64,000 nucleotides of DNA from the human T2T-CHM13v2.0 reference genome, Homo sapiens (GCF_009914755.1 NC_060927.1); one strand, 5' to 3'. Numbered from the stretch's first letter, positions 38,390 through 60,784 are shown. Translations and numbers: made by a program. The notes: generated by a model not told the origin, from the sequence alone.

Positions 38390-38758
38390 AGTTTGACGTG
38401 GTTGCAGGGTCATGCTGGAGACTAAGATCAAGCAGGTTGGTGCTCCATGGCCGTGTGACTGACCCTCAATAAAAAACCTGCACACTGAGGCTTGGGTGAG
38501 CTTCCCTGTTGTCAACACTCCCTGCAGGCTGCCACGCATCCTTACGGGAGAATGAAGCACGGTCCCTACAACTCTTCCGGTAAGGCCACATGGAAACTCG
38601 CACCTGCTCTCTCCCAGATTCTGCCCTAAACACGTTTTCCTGTGCTGATTTTAATCTGTATCCTTTTGCTGTAATAAACTATAACCATGAGTATAGCAGC
38701 TTTTCTGAGTTCTATGAGTCCCCCTAGCAAATCACTGAACCTGGGACCCCCCCACACA
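38390..38758 (+). mobile_element. MER21-family LTR, 3' part
   Basis: CCTTTTGCTGTAATAAACTATAACCATGAGTATAGCAGC...GAGTTCTATGAGTCC...GAACCTG..GACCCCC resembles the MER21 3' end. Confidence 0.65.
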
Positions 38759-38875
38759 CCAGTTAAAAAGGACACTTTTTGGGCCTGGCGCGGTGGCTCA
38801 CGCCTGTAATCCCGGCACTCTGGGAGGCCGAGGCGGGCGGATCACAAGGTCAGGAGATGGATACCATCCTGGCTA

Positions 38876-39097
<222 letters not shown>

Positions 39098-39270
39098 TTA
39101 CAGACAAAATGTCGAGAGTCCCCAGAACTTAAGTAACTTTCCTGAACTGAATGCAGGTTCTTGAATTTAAAGCCCTGTCTCTTGCTGCCCTGCCCACTGA
39201 CTCTCACAAGGATAGGGCAGGCAGTGAGAATGTGGAAGCAGAAAGACCACATGACTGACAGTTTAAAGTA

Positions 39271-40479
<1,209 letters not shown>

Positions 40480-41234
40480 TAGGTGGCTATTAAGGCTCCT
40501 TCTGGCTGCAACGGCCTATAAACCCGGCAGTCAATAAGCACTTGTTGAACTCTTAGACTGAGCAATTAATTGCTCACCAGGGGTGCCTGGAGGTTTGTGT
40601 GCACAAGGCCATCCAGGCTGCAGAGTGGAGGGAAGACTGGAGAGGGGTAGAGGGGGTGGAGGCTGCTTCAGGAGCCCAGGGAGGCAGACTGGGACCAGGG
40701 TGGCACAGGGTGGGAGGGTCAGGATGGATCCTAGTGACCGTGCAGGAAATGGGCTACGGAACACCTCTCCTGGGAAGCTTGTTCCCCCAACCTGGTGCTG
40801 TCCGAGGTTTATCCATTTCAATCATGATGTTGGCTTATTAAAGCCAGGAACAGAGGTGTCACCTTGGATCCCTTCCACTGTCTTGCTTTACCCACCCATG
40901 TCAATTCTACTTCCAGATAGATCTGACAAGGGTCCTCTTTCCTCCCTCTCCACCCTGCTCCACCTTAGTCCAAACCATTTGCCACTTTTCGTCTTTGCAC
41001 TGGTCGATCTCCCCGCCTTCTCATTCCTCAGGTTTCATCTGCTACGTGGCCTCCTAACAGAAGGCTTCTCTGCCCATCCCCATGACAGGAGGTCCTCTCT
41101 TGATCTCTGTCACAGCTTCCTCTTTTACCCCTTATGAGTTTGCTTACTTTCTCTAATAATAACTAGCATTTATTGAGCACCTACTGTGTGCCCGATGCAG
41201 TTCTAAGCACATTGCATTATAGTAACCCATTTAG

Positions 41235-41462
<228 letters not shown>

Positions 41463-41694
41463 TAGCCAGGATGGTCTTGATCTCCTGACCTCGTGATCCA
41501 CCCACCTCGGCCTCCCAAAGTGCTGGGATTACAGGCTTGAGCCACCACGCCTGGCCTCCCTATTTAAAAATTTAAAAAATTTCTCTATTTAAAGTTAATT
41601 CCAAAGCTAAGGAAACTGGTTTAAAACTATCACCTCAGCTAGACTGTGGCCATTATGCGGGTAGAGATTTTGCCTGACTTGTTTATTTTTATTA

Positions 41695-41725
<31 letters not shown>

Positions 41726-42053
41726 TTTAGAAGGCGTCTTACTCTGTTGCTCAGGTTGGAGTGCAGTGGCACGATCTCGGCTCAACTGCAACCTCTGCCT
41801 GCTGGGTTCAAGCAATTTTCCTGTCTCAGCCTCCCGAGTAGCCGGGACTACAGGCGCACGCCACTATGCCTGGCTAATTTTTGTATTTTTAGTAGAGATG
41901 GGGTTTTGCCATGTTGGCCAGGCTGGTCTCGAACTCCTGACCTCAGGTGATCCACCCACCTCAACCTCCCAAAATGCTGGGATTACAGGCATGAGGCTCT
42001 GCACACAGGCTTGTTTCTGGTTTTATTTTTGTTTAATTTTTTTAAAGGAATCA

Positions 42054-42126
42054 CTTCCTGGCTGGGAATTGAACCCAGACTGCTGCAGTGAAAGAGCACA
42101 ATGTTAGCTACTGGCCCACAGCATGA
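42054..42126 (-). pseudogene. tRNA-Glu(TTC)-derived pseudogene
   Basis: The reverse complement aligns to tRNA-Glu-TTC: anticodon loop CT-TTC-AC, B-box GGTTCAATTCCC, 3' ...CAGGAA. Many CpG-decay and stem-breaking substitutions; an A-rich tail follows. Confidence 0.8.
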
Positions 42127-42633
42127 GACTCCCGGTCCTGTTTGTTGCTCATCCCCAGACACGCAGCCTGGTCTACAGGAAGAATTCTATGTATATTTGC
42201 TGAAGAGACAAAGAAGGATGTGGATGAATTGGATGTGGAGAATGAGAGGAAAGAAAATGTCAAGGATGGCTCTAATTTCTGGCTTATGCAACTGAGTGGT
42301 GCCATTGAGAGAGGTGAGCTGGTCTGCAGGGACTTGGAACAGGTTGATGAGTCTGGTTAGGGAAACGTGGAGTTAGGAAATCAGTTCCTATGTTGTGCTG
42401 TGTTGGGAGCTCTGGGCTGGGTGGTGGATCTAGATTTAGGTGTCATCAGCACACCAGTGGTAGGTTGGTTGAAAGTGATTGAGATCACCCAGGGAAGCTT
42501 GCTGAGTGAGAAGAGGAAGTCTAGGGCTGAGCCGTAAGCAAATGCCAACATCCAATGGGCAGCAGGAAGGACCCTGCAAAACAGTGTGAGATGCAGCAGG
42601 CAAAAAAGGGAAGTGAGAAACCAGGGCAGGTGA

Positions 42634-42999
<366 letters not shown>

Positions 43000-43002
43000 T
43001 GA

Positions 43003-43245
<243 letters not shown>

Positions 43246-43922
43246 TGAGTGCAGACAAGGTTTCACCATGTTGGTCAGGCTGTTCTCTGAACTCCTGACC
43301 TCAAGTGATATGCCTGCCTTGGCCTCCCAAAGTGCTGGAATTATATGTGTGAGCCACCATGCCTGGCCTGCATGCACAATATTTTAAAACATGTTGAGTC
43401 TGTTGCCAAAAATTTAAAAATCAGAGTATTTCTTTTGAAATCTCCATTTCCAGTTTCTCTGGAAAAATCTCAAGATTGGCCATTCTGGGCCTGAATTCCT
43501 GCATACCAACAGCCAGGTGCAGTGACTCACAGCCGTCCCGTTACCTGAGGTGTGCACTCTCCTATTTGCCTCAGTCCCTACCTCTCTCTATCGTATCCCT
43601 GCCACCAGAGGCCTAACAGATATTATTCACCATCTCTCTTGCATTACTGCTTTTCTTCTAGTAAAGTTAAGAGAAGGGAGAGGACTTCTTAAGTTTATGT
43701 TACTGTTGAAAGTGAGAAAATGGTACACCCCTATAGTCCCAGCTACTACAGAGGAGGATCCTTGAGCCTGGGGGTTGGAGGCTGCTGTGCCCTATGATAG
43801 TGCCTGTTAATAGCACTCCAGCCTGGGCAACATAGCAAGATCTTGATTCTTACAAAAGAGACAGAAAAAAAAAAATAAAGTGGGAAAATGAAAGATAGAC
43901 AGAGACAGTAAGTATCTCTTGA

Positions 43923-44075
<153 letters not shown>

Positions 44076-44164
44076 TAAAAAGCGTATTTCTTAATGAATA
44101 TGAATAATACTTCTATATTTTACTCACTTGCCTTCTCTGCTTAAGATAGTTCTTTTTTTTTTTA

Positions 44165-44800
44165 AAGCTTATAAATAACACAAATTTATTTCTCACAGTT
44201 CTAGAGGTTGGAAGTCCACAGATTCACTGTCTGGTGAGGGCCTGTTTCCTGGTTTGTAGATGGTATCTTCTTGCTGGGTCCTTACACTGTGGAAAGGCTG
44301 AGAGATTTCCAGTGATCTCTGCCTCCTGGGGTTTATGGCCTGTGTCAACTCCTCCCTTTGAAAGTGGGCTGGACCTAGTGACTTTATTCTACCCAATAGA
44401 CTATGACTAAAGGTGATGGGATGCTCCTTTGTAATAAGGTTACCAAAAATTATTACTTCCCTCTGCCAGCAGACTCTCTCTCTTGCCTTCTTGGTTGGCA
44501 CACTGGGGAGAAGCGAGCTGCAGCGTTGGAGAGGCCCATGTGGCAAGGGACTGAGAGCAGCCTCTGGCCAACAGCCGGTAAGCAACCAGTGAGCAACCGA
44601 GGCCCTCAGTCCCACAGCATGTGAGGAACTGAGTCCTGCCAATGATCATGTGATACTGAAGGAGGGTCTTTCTTTAGCTGATCCTACAGATGAGAATCTA
44701 GCCCTTGTGCTGCCTCATGAGAGACCCTGGAGCAGAGGCCCCAGCTGAGCTATGCCTGGATTCCTACCCACAGAAACTGGAAGACAATAAAAGTGTCGTT
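44165..44800. mobile_element. MLT1-type MaLR LTR fragments (a minus-strand piece followed by a plus-strand MLT1E/F-like piece)
   Basis: ATTTATTTCTCACAGTTCTAGAGG..GAAGTCC (minus), then GTGGGCTGGACCTAGTGACT...GAGAGGCCCATGTGGCAAGG...CCCACAGAAACT..AATAAA (plus). Confidence 0.7.
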
Positions 44801-44804
44801 TATG

Positions 44805-47744
<2,940 letters not shown>

Positions 47745-49989
47745 TAGATGGGGTCTCACTATGTTGCCCTTCCTGCTCTCAAACTCCTGGTGTCAAGCGA
47801 TTCTCCCTCTCATCTTGTCCCCACAAGCGCTGGGATTACAGGCGTGAGCAACCACACCCAGCCCCAGCTTTCTCTTTGTGATGACTCTGGGGGAACTTTG
47901 TTTCACTTCTCTTGCTCAACCTTTCAGCAACATTTGAAACCAATGACCACTCCCTTCTTGGAATTCACCAAAGGAAATGGTATGTTACTTATCTATTGCT
48001 ACTTAAAAATGATCTCAAAACTTAGCTGCTTAAAACAACACATGGTTGGGCACAGTGGCTCATGTCTGTAATCCCAGCATTTTCAGGGGCCAAGGTGGGA
48101 GGATTAATTGAGCCCAGGAATTTGTGACCAGCCTGGGCAACATAGCAAGACCCCATCTCTACAAAAAATACAAAAATTAGCCGGGTATGGTGGTGTGCGC
48201 CTGTGGTCCCAGCTACTCGGAAGGCTGGGGTGGGAGGGTCGCTTGAGCCTAGGAGTTCGAGGTTGCAGTGAAACATGATTGAGTCACTGCACTCCAGCCT
48301 GGGTGACAGATCCAGACCTTGTCTCAGTAAATAAATAAATAAGATAAAATATAAAAGAGAAGGCTAGGGACATTGGGTAGAGCAGATCCTAGTGGAGAAG
48401 TGGGGGTAGTGGCTGGCCTAGAAGAGAAGAGGCAAAGACAGGGAGTGAGTAAGGGCCACTCTTTTTAAGGAGCCATCTCTAGATTTTTATGGGTTGTCTA
48501 TATTCTTTCCTGCGAAGGAGAGAGAAATGAGGAGTAGGAGATGGTGAGAGAGAGGGTTTTGTTTTCTTTTTATTTTTACGTTGGGAAAGAAACACCTCTG
48601 GCAGGGCACGGACCACAGCCCAGGCTGGATGGCTCCGGAGCTTGCACGTTACCCAGGATGCACTGCTGGCTTGCCTAGTTCTGAAGTAAAATAATGACTA
48701 ATATAAACCAGCAATATCCTGATATTTTTTCCTGATGACTACTTTGAGTCTTTTTTGGGGAGTAAATATCAAATATTTAATTATTTCAGGTATTCTCCCT
48801 CCCTTCCTTGCTCTCTCGCCTTGGTGCCCCTGCTTGACTGGGGTGCAAATACTTGTTTACTGTGTCTCTTGGGCAATCCAGCTCTGTGCTCTTCCTCCCC
48901 TACCCACCAACTCCTGTTTAGGGCTCTTCCAGCCAAGCTCACATATAGTAGGTCCCCAGTGACATGTTTTGCATGAGAAAACAGTCATCCAATGGCTGCA
49001 CTTCCTGGGGACTTCTAAGCTCAAGGCCCTTCCCAAATTGCTCCATAAACACCCTTCAGGGAGCTGATGGAATGGGATCGGGGCAAGGCGTAGCGAAGTG
49101 GGCAGTCCTTGCACAACAAATGCACGTTGCTTTATTCACACGAAGTGATTTGTGTACACTCCATGATCAGGGAGATTTTAGCTATTATGGAAAGGCAGAC
49201 TTGTTCCAGGAGATTTTGACTACAAAATGTTATGGACCCAGGTACAACCCAATGTTTACTGTGCCCACGTTATGACGGTTTGAACAAGGAAGTGCCACTG
49301 AGGGGTTGGGGTGGGGGGCATAGGCCTGGAAGACCTCATCATAGACACTCCCTTTTGGTTTTTTGGACTGTCATTATTCTCAGTCTGCTGGTGGGTGGAG
49401 ATGTTCCAAACCCTTCCTATTAATTGTCACCAGCTCCTGGTGAGTCACTAATAGCTATTCCACCACACCAGCCCTCCGGTCCTCCTGGAGGGTGGGGAGA
49501 GCTTGCAGACGGCTGCTTTTCCTACTCTACAGTGGCAGGAAAGCTGGCTCTTAGGAACCTAGAGGCTTTGCTGCAGGCCTCTTCAGCTTACAGTCACACA
49601 CTCAGAAGAGCAGGATGGTGTTAATTTGCTTCAGAACTTAGGATCCATAAGAAGCTGGGTAGGTAGAGTGCCCTCAGATCCCCAGACCAGGGCTCTTTCA
49701 ACTTTATCACATGAAAAGAAACTCAACCATTTGCACACAGATATTGATTAGGCTTTAGATGTTACATTATGTTTTTCTTCTTAGTAAACCCTTAAGTGAT
49801 CAATGTAAAGTGATCTGGAGTGCAGCAGCAGGATCACAGTTTACTGCAGCCTTGAATTACTGTGCTCAAGTGGTCCTCCCACCTCAGCCTCCCAAGTAGG
49901 TGGACTACAGGCACATGCCACCACACTTGGCTAATTTTTAAAATTTTTGTATGAATGGGTTCTTGCCATCTTGCCTAGGCTGGTCTTGA

Positions 49990-50315
<326 letters not shown>

Positions 50316-51019
50316 TGATCTGCCCGCCTTGGCCTCCCAAAGTGCTGGGATTACAGGCGTGAGCCACCGTGCCCGGCCCCAGCCTGGAATTTCTTATTGC
50401 AGAAAAAGAGCAAACCTGGAGTTGCTCAGACCAGGGGGCTGGAATCTTGGTTCTGGTATTCATTCATTTAACTGATATGTACTGAGTACCTATTTTGTGC
50501 CATGCCCTGTGGATATGGCAGACAAGGAACTTACATTCCAAAGGTAAACAGAAGATGATAAAAAACAAATGCTGACTTTGGGAGGACAAGGCGGGTGGAT
50601 CGCCTGAGGTCGGGAGTTTGAGACCAGCCTGACCAACATGGAGAAACCCCGTCTCTACTAAAATTAGCTGGGCATGGTGGTGGCGCATGCCTGTAATCCC
50701 AGCTACTTGGGAAGCTGAGGCAGAATTGCTTCAACCTGGGAGGCGGAGGTTGTGGTGAGCTGAGATCGCACCATTGCACTCCAGCCTGGGCAACAAGAGA
50801 GAAACTCTGACTCAAAATAATAATAATAATAATAATTATTATTATTATTATTAGCGGAGCATGATGGAGCATGCCTGTAATCCTGGGGAGGCTGAGGCAT
50901 GAGACTCTCTTGAACCCGGGAGGTAGAGGTTGCAGTGAGCCGAGACTGGGCCACTGCTCTCCAGCCTGGGCAACAGAATGAGACACCATCTCAAAAACAA
51001 ACAAACAAACAAAAAACAA

Positions 51020-51565
51020 GTGCAGTTAATTTTATGTGTCCACTTGACTGGGAGTCAGATGCCTAGATATTTGATCAAACATTATTCAGGGCAGGGCATG
51101 GTGGCTCATGCCTGCAATCTCAGTGTTTTGGGATGCCAAGGCAGGAGGATGGCTTGAGGCCAGGAGTTCAAGACTATCCTGGGCAACATAACAAAATCCT
51201 ATCTTTACAAAAAAATGGAAGAAAAAAACATTAGCCAGGTATGGTGGCATGCAACTGTGGTCCTAGCTACTTTGGAGGCTGAGGTGTGAGGATTGCCTGA
51301 GCCCAGGAAGTTGAAGTTGCAGTGAGCCGTGATACTGCCACATGGACGGCACTTTAGCCTGGGTGACAGAACTAGACCCTGTCTCTAAACACACACACAC
51401 ACATGCACACACACACGCGCGTGCACAATGACAACAACAAAACCACACACACATTATTCTGGATATTTGTGTGAGGGTGTTTTTGGATGAGACAAACATT
51501 GAAATCAGTGGACTGAGTAAAGCAAACTGGACTTCTGTAACATGGGTGGGCTTCATCCAGTCAGT
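51020..51565 (+). mobile_element. MLT2 (ERVL) LTR 5' part, interrupted by an Alu
   Basis: GTTAATTTTATGTGTC.ACTTGACTGG...AACATTATTC [Alu] TGGAT.TTTGTGTGAGGGTGTTTTTGGATGAG...GGACTGAGTAAAGCA. Confidence 0.7.
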
Positions 51566-51599
51566 TTCAGAGAAGTATCATGGTTGTCCAATAAACAGA

Positions 51600-52325
51600 T
51601 AAAAGATTTTCAGCTTCTGGAAAAGCAAATTAGGCCCTAGTGAGATACCATTTAGATCCACTAGATCGGCAAAAAGTGAGTTTAATCATACCAAATTGGA
51701 GTGGATGTGGATCCATGGTGGGAGTATGATTGGTGGAAACGCTTTGGAAAACAATTGTTCATCCTGTAAAGTTGAACAGCCTAGGCATTTCCCCTCCTTG
51801 GTGTGTATCCAAGAGGCAATCCTGCATATATGCATGAGAACACAGGCACAAGAACATTTATAACAGCATTTTTTTAGTAATAAAAAAACTAGAAACCATG
51901 TAAATGCTCAGCAAGAAGAAAATTGGTAAGAACATTGTGGTATATTCACCCTAGAATATTATATAGTAGTGAAAAAGATAATGGTGATTACATCAAGTCC
52001 TAGAATACTACCTATGGTATGATACCATTTTTATAAAGCTCAAAAACTACTAAACTCATTGTTTAAGCGTGTCTATATATGTATTTTTTTTTTCAAAAGG
52101 GAGGGAGACAATATGTTAAAATTTCAAGATGGTAGAGTTACTCTGGGGTGGGCAGGGCATGATGGCATAGGGGAGAAGCTGTGGTTATTGGTAACGTTCC
52201 GGATTGGCATTTGGGAGGTGAGTTCGTGGGTGTTCATGGCATCATTATGGTCTAAAACTTACACATGTTGACATATATTCCTTCGTTTGAATGAAGCATA
52301 AATAAAAAATGTACAAAGGAAAAAA
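51600..52325 (+). mobile_element. Old L1ME-like 3' fragment
   Basis: GAGATACCATTT, GCTTTGGAAAACAATT, CATTGTGGTATATTCAC, GATACCATTTTTATAAAGCTCAAAA. Confidence 0.55.
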
Positions 52326-52437
52326 GAAATGGCTGATTTTCTGCTTGTTACTTTGCTGCATGTTCCTAAAGCTCCCTCCCTCCAAAATATATGTTTTTTT
52401 CCTGATAAGAGAAAAATGAAATATATTAAGTAATCTC

Positions 52438-53925
<1,488 letters not shown>

Positions 53926-54697
53926 CATACATAAAAAGGGTAAAAAGAAAAATGGCATAAGGAAAACATGTTTATGAAGCTGATGGGACACCCCGGGTTG
54001 TCTAATAACCGTGTGTCCAGGTCAAACCTTGATTTTACCCCGAGCTCTCCTTTTAGTTGATGGCTTGTGATTCAGGGTAAGTAGCAGTCTGTGGAAACCC
54101 AGGAAACTGGTTTGATTCCCAGCTGTGTCATTCAGTTGGCATGTGTCCTTCATCAATGTACATAATGTCTGAGATTCAGGTTTGTGCCAGTGAAGTCAGC
54201 ATGATGTTTACTTTGAACTTTCATTAGGTGGGCTCAGGATAAAATACATGAAGTGCTTCTCGCCTGGTGAGTCCTTGATAAACGCTAGCACTTGTATTGT
54301 GGTCCTCCTGCCCCAATAATGATCACACCTTAGCACAATGTTGCCCTTCACAGTTTGCAAAGGCGGGGGCGCTTATATTCATGATCTCATCCTAAAAAAG
54401 TCTAATTTTTGTTAACAACAGCTCATATGTATAGAGTACTTGCTATTTTTACAAGTATTATGTAACAGTGGGTGCTCAACAAATGCCGAATGAGTGAGGG
54501 CATAGTTTCAAAAGTGGGCGTGGGTGGACAAGAAAACAGGTGACTTACTGGAAAACTCATTTTATGAGGCTGGAAGCTGCCTCTAAAGCAAGGGTAGTCC
54601 TGAGTCTCCCTGTTATATTGAAGGGAGTTAGTCCCCGGACTCTGAAACTGCCCTGGGTCACCCTAGTGGACAGACAGGGCCTGGCATGGGGGCTTCA

Positions 54698-55990
<1,293 letters not shown>

Positions 55991-56002
55991 TTTATATATG
56001 CA

Positions 56003-56043
<41 letters not shown>

Positions 56044-56066
56044 GTATATACACTTTTTTTTTTTGA

Positions 56067-56276
<210 letters not shown>

Positions 56277-56464
56277 TGATTCACCCTCCTCAGCCTCCCA
56301 AGTGCTGGAGGCGTGAGCCACCTCGCCTGGCCACCCCTATGTATTTTTTGAGACAGGGTCTTGCTCTGTTGCCCACGCTGGAAGTACAGAGGCATGATCA
56401 TGGCTCACTGCAGCCTTGACCTCCCAGGCTTAAGCAATCCTCCCATCTCAGACTCCTGGAGTAG

Positions 56465-56966
<502 letters not shown>

Positions 56967-58279
56967 TGAACATCTTTCTGACTCTTGACAATTTTGCATG
57001 TCACAAGATCTGTTGTCCTTGGCCCTAGCCTCTGCAAAGCCAGACCCTAAGGGCTGGCCCCTCTGACATCTCCCTTCCTCCAGCTTTGCGGTCACCCTTT
57101 TCACCTGGGGCCTCTGCCTCAGCCTCCTGCCTCTCCTCTCCACAGCCCACTCCTTCTCCTGCCCACAGGCCTGCGGGCTTCCCCTCCCCAGGCAAGCTGG
57201 GGCCGTGTCGCAGCGCTTGGCCATCACGACTTTGCCATTGCCAATGCAATCTGGCTCACTGGCATGCACTGTGCTTACCTTAGCCTCAGGGTGTCCTGCA
57301 TAGGTCCCCAGGAAGATAAACCCTGGGTGATGTGTCATTTTCCCCTTTCCGTTCCTTCCCACGCCCTTCCCCCCACCTCCCCGCGTAGGCAGCGCATCTA
57401 GTTGGCACTCCATAAATATCCAAAGTATTTACAAAATAACGTAGAAGTTCTATGCTGTTTAGTTAGATCTCTTAAGGTTGATAATGTACAAGGCAATTTG
57501 CATCAGGAGCAGACGAGATAGGGCCCGGCAGATATAAATTAAAAATGCAATTGCACGCATTCATTCAACGAGAACTCACTGAGCAACTACTATGTGCCAA
57601 CATTATCCACTGCAGTGAATAAAAGACAAACAAACAAGCAAATAACAAAAAAAAAAACAAAAGAGCAAGAAAGTGGCCGGGTGCAGTGGCTCACCGCTGT
57701 AATCCCAGCACTTTGGAAGGTCGAGAAAGGAGGATCGCTTGAGGCCACGAGTTCAAGACCAGACTGGGCAACATCATAGTGAGACCTCGTCTCTACAAAA
57801 ATTAAAAAATTAGTCGGGGGTGGTGCGCCCAGCTCTACTCGGGAGGCTGAGGTGGGAGGATCGCTTGAGCCCAGGAACTGTAGGCTGCAGTGAGCCAGGA
57901 TCGCACAACTGCACCACAGCCTGGGCAGCAGAACGAGAAATAAATAAACAAATAAAAGCCAGAAAGTAAAAATAAAGTGTTAGATGGCGATTCGAGCTGA
58001 GGAGGAAATCAGGCAGGGGAAAGAATCTGAAAGCGAGGAGTGAGTGGCTGGCAAGGCTCCTTCGGAAGGTGGCAATAACAGTCATAGACCGGTCACATCA
58101 ATTGGGTGTTTACTGCGGGCCAGTGTGTGCCACCAACCTCACACCCGAAAGCCACAAAGACTCACGCCACAACGCAACGAGGCAGGGGCTCCTCCTCCTC
58201 CCTTGGTATACGGAAAGAAGCGTAGGGAGCAGAGTTGGGATGCTAGTCAGTACCCCCCTGCACCTAGCCCTTGCCCCTC

Positions 58280-58780
58280 CGTCTGGCTTTCCCCACTCCC
58301 GCTCCGGCGGAGCTAAGGTTAACATTAGACGAGGCTGTGGCTACCGGAAAGAGCGCAGGCGCAGAGCGCGGAATGCGCCTGCGCAGAGCGCTGGGCGACG
58401 TGGCCAGTCGGGGCCCGGAAGTGGTCCCTGTAGAACCACTGTGGCACCGCTACTCCGTGCCGCGCCCGTCGAGCATTGCGTTGCTGCATTGCGCCCCACC
58501 GACTCCACTATGTTGAAGAAATTCGACAAGAAGGATGAGGAGTCAGGTGAGGGGGCCAGGCCTGGGTCTGAGGGAGGCCGGACCCCCACCCGCCGAGCTT
58601 TCCTTCTGGTTCTCTGTCCTGACCCGGAGGCTGAGGCCCAGTGAGGGGCAGGGGCTTGTGCCAGGGTCCACAGCTAGTCAGTGGCAGGCCTCGGAGAGCC
58701 CGAGCATGCGCGGCTGTCTCACTCTTGTAAGCTCGGACTGCAATTTTCTGGGTGACCTTGGGCGCGACAAACACCCCCCC
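58280..58780 (+). promoter_or_regulatory. COPG1: CpG-island, TATA-less housekeeping promoter and 5'UTR of COPG1
   Basis: Abrupt CpG/GC enrichment. NRF1-like GCGCAGGCGCA (58353-58363) and TGCGCCTGCGCA (58374-58385); ETS/GABP CCGGAAGT (58415-58422) and ACCGGAAA (58343-58350); GACGTGGC (58397-58404). Confidence 0.88.
58510..58546 (+). CDS. COPG1: COPG1 coding exon 1 (MLKKFDKKDEESG, phase-1 end)
   Basis: ATG at 58510 (context ACTATGT). The translation matches the gamma-1 COP N-terminus. Donor G|GTGAGG at 58547. Confidence 0.97.
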
Positions 58781-58944
58781 CCCCAGGCCTCAATTTACCC
58801 ATCTGTCAAAGGAGGGGACCATGCCGAATGTTCTCTTGTTACTTTCTTCGTCCAACCTCTTGGGATTCGCTGGGGCTACGTTGGTGCTGGCCAAACTGGG
58901 GTGTAACCTGCGGAGCCAGCGTCCTGTGACTGGGAACTCTGACC

Positions 58945-59200
58945 CCATCATTCATTTATTCAGCAAAGTATATTGAGCAGTTACTGTATGCCAGGTACTG
59001 TACGGTGTCCTGGATACTGCAACAGAGCAAGTGGGACACTCAGTGCCTGAGCTAGGAATATTAGAATGGTTGCACCCACGATGGAGGAGGCAGACATCAA
59101 CCAGATAATCACACGTGTAATTATTTGCAAATGTGTCATCTGCTATGAAGGAACTAGTTACAACGAGATGGTGGTCCCTGGCACATAGGGACTTAGTTAA
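58945..59200 (-). mobile_element. L2 3' fragment in COPG1 intron 1
   Basis: CATTCATTTATTCAGCAAA.TATATTGAGCA.TTACTGTATGCCAGGTACTGT. Confidence 0.65.
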
Positions 59201-59481
59201 TTACAAGTTATATAAATGAACACAAGACATGGCACCATGAGAAGCACAGGACTGTACCAGGGCTGCTGGGAGATTGTGAGTGGTTTGGGGTAGAGTGGAG
59301 CCCACCTGCTTGCAGGAGACTAGTAGGATCCCTAGACAGATTGTAGAGGCTTGATTGCCATTCCTGAGGAGTTTGAACTTTACTAGATTTCCTAGGAAGG
59401 GACATCTTCCCTTTACCTATGTCTGGGAGAGTTTTGAAGTTCAGAGTCACAACCTACCTTCTCCATTGTCCTTGACCGTAG

Positions 59482-59534
59482 GTGGAGGCTCCAACCCATT
59501 CCAGCACCTTGAGAAGAGTGCGGTACTCCAGGAG
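59482..59534 (+). CDS. COPG1: COPG1 exon 2 (GGSNPFQHLEKSAVLQE)
   Basis: Acceptor CCGTAG ends at 59481. The frame continues from exon 1 and ends at a non-canonical GAG|GCAAGT donor, which is needed to stay in frame with exon 3. Confidence 0.95.
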
Positions 59535-59542
59535 GCAAGTGA

Positions 59543-60784
<1,242 letters not shown>

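Noticed and set aside
40583-41137. 184-aa non-Alu ORF
   Set aside because: GTG start, a G-rich then pyrimidine-rich composition, no recognisable domain, and likely overlap with old L2-like sequence.
42054-42126. Functional tRNA-Glu gene
   Set aside because: The acceptor, D and anticodon stems carry multiple mismatches and CpG decay, so it is called a pseudogene.
58498-58515. The 5'UTR frame reads TDSTML, the same as the exon 6/7 junction peptide TDSTML
   Set aside because: The codons differ (ACC GAC TCC ACT ATG TTG versus ACT GAT|AGC ACC ATG CTG) and the similarity does not extend, so this is most likely coincidence.
58069-58644. 191-aa ORF spanning the COPG1 promoter
   Set aside because: It is the COPG1 exon-1 frame extended through GC-rich, stop-poor DNA and into intron 1. 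It is not a separate gene; only the GUG at 58441 is kept as a hypothesis.
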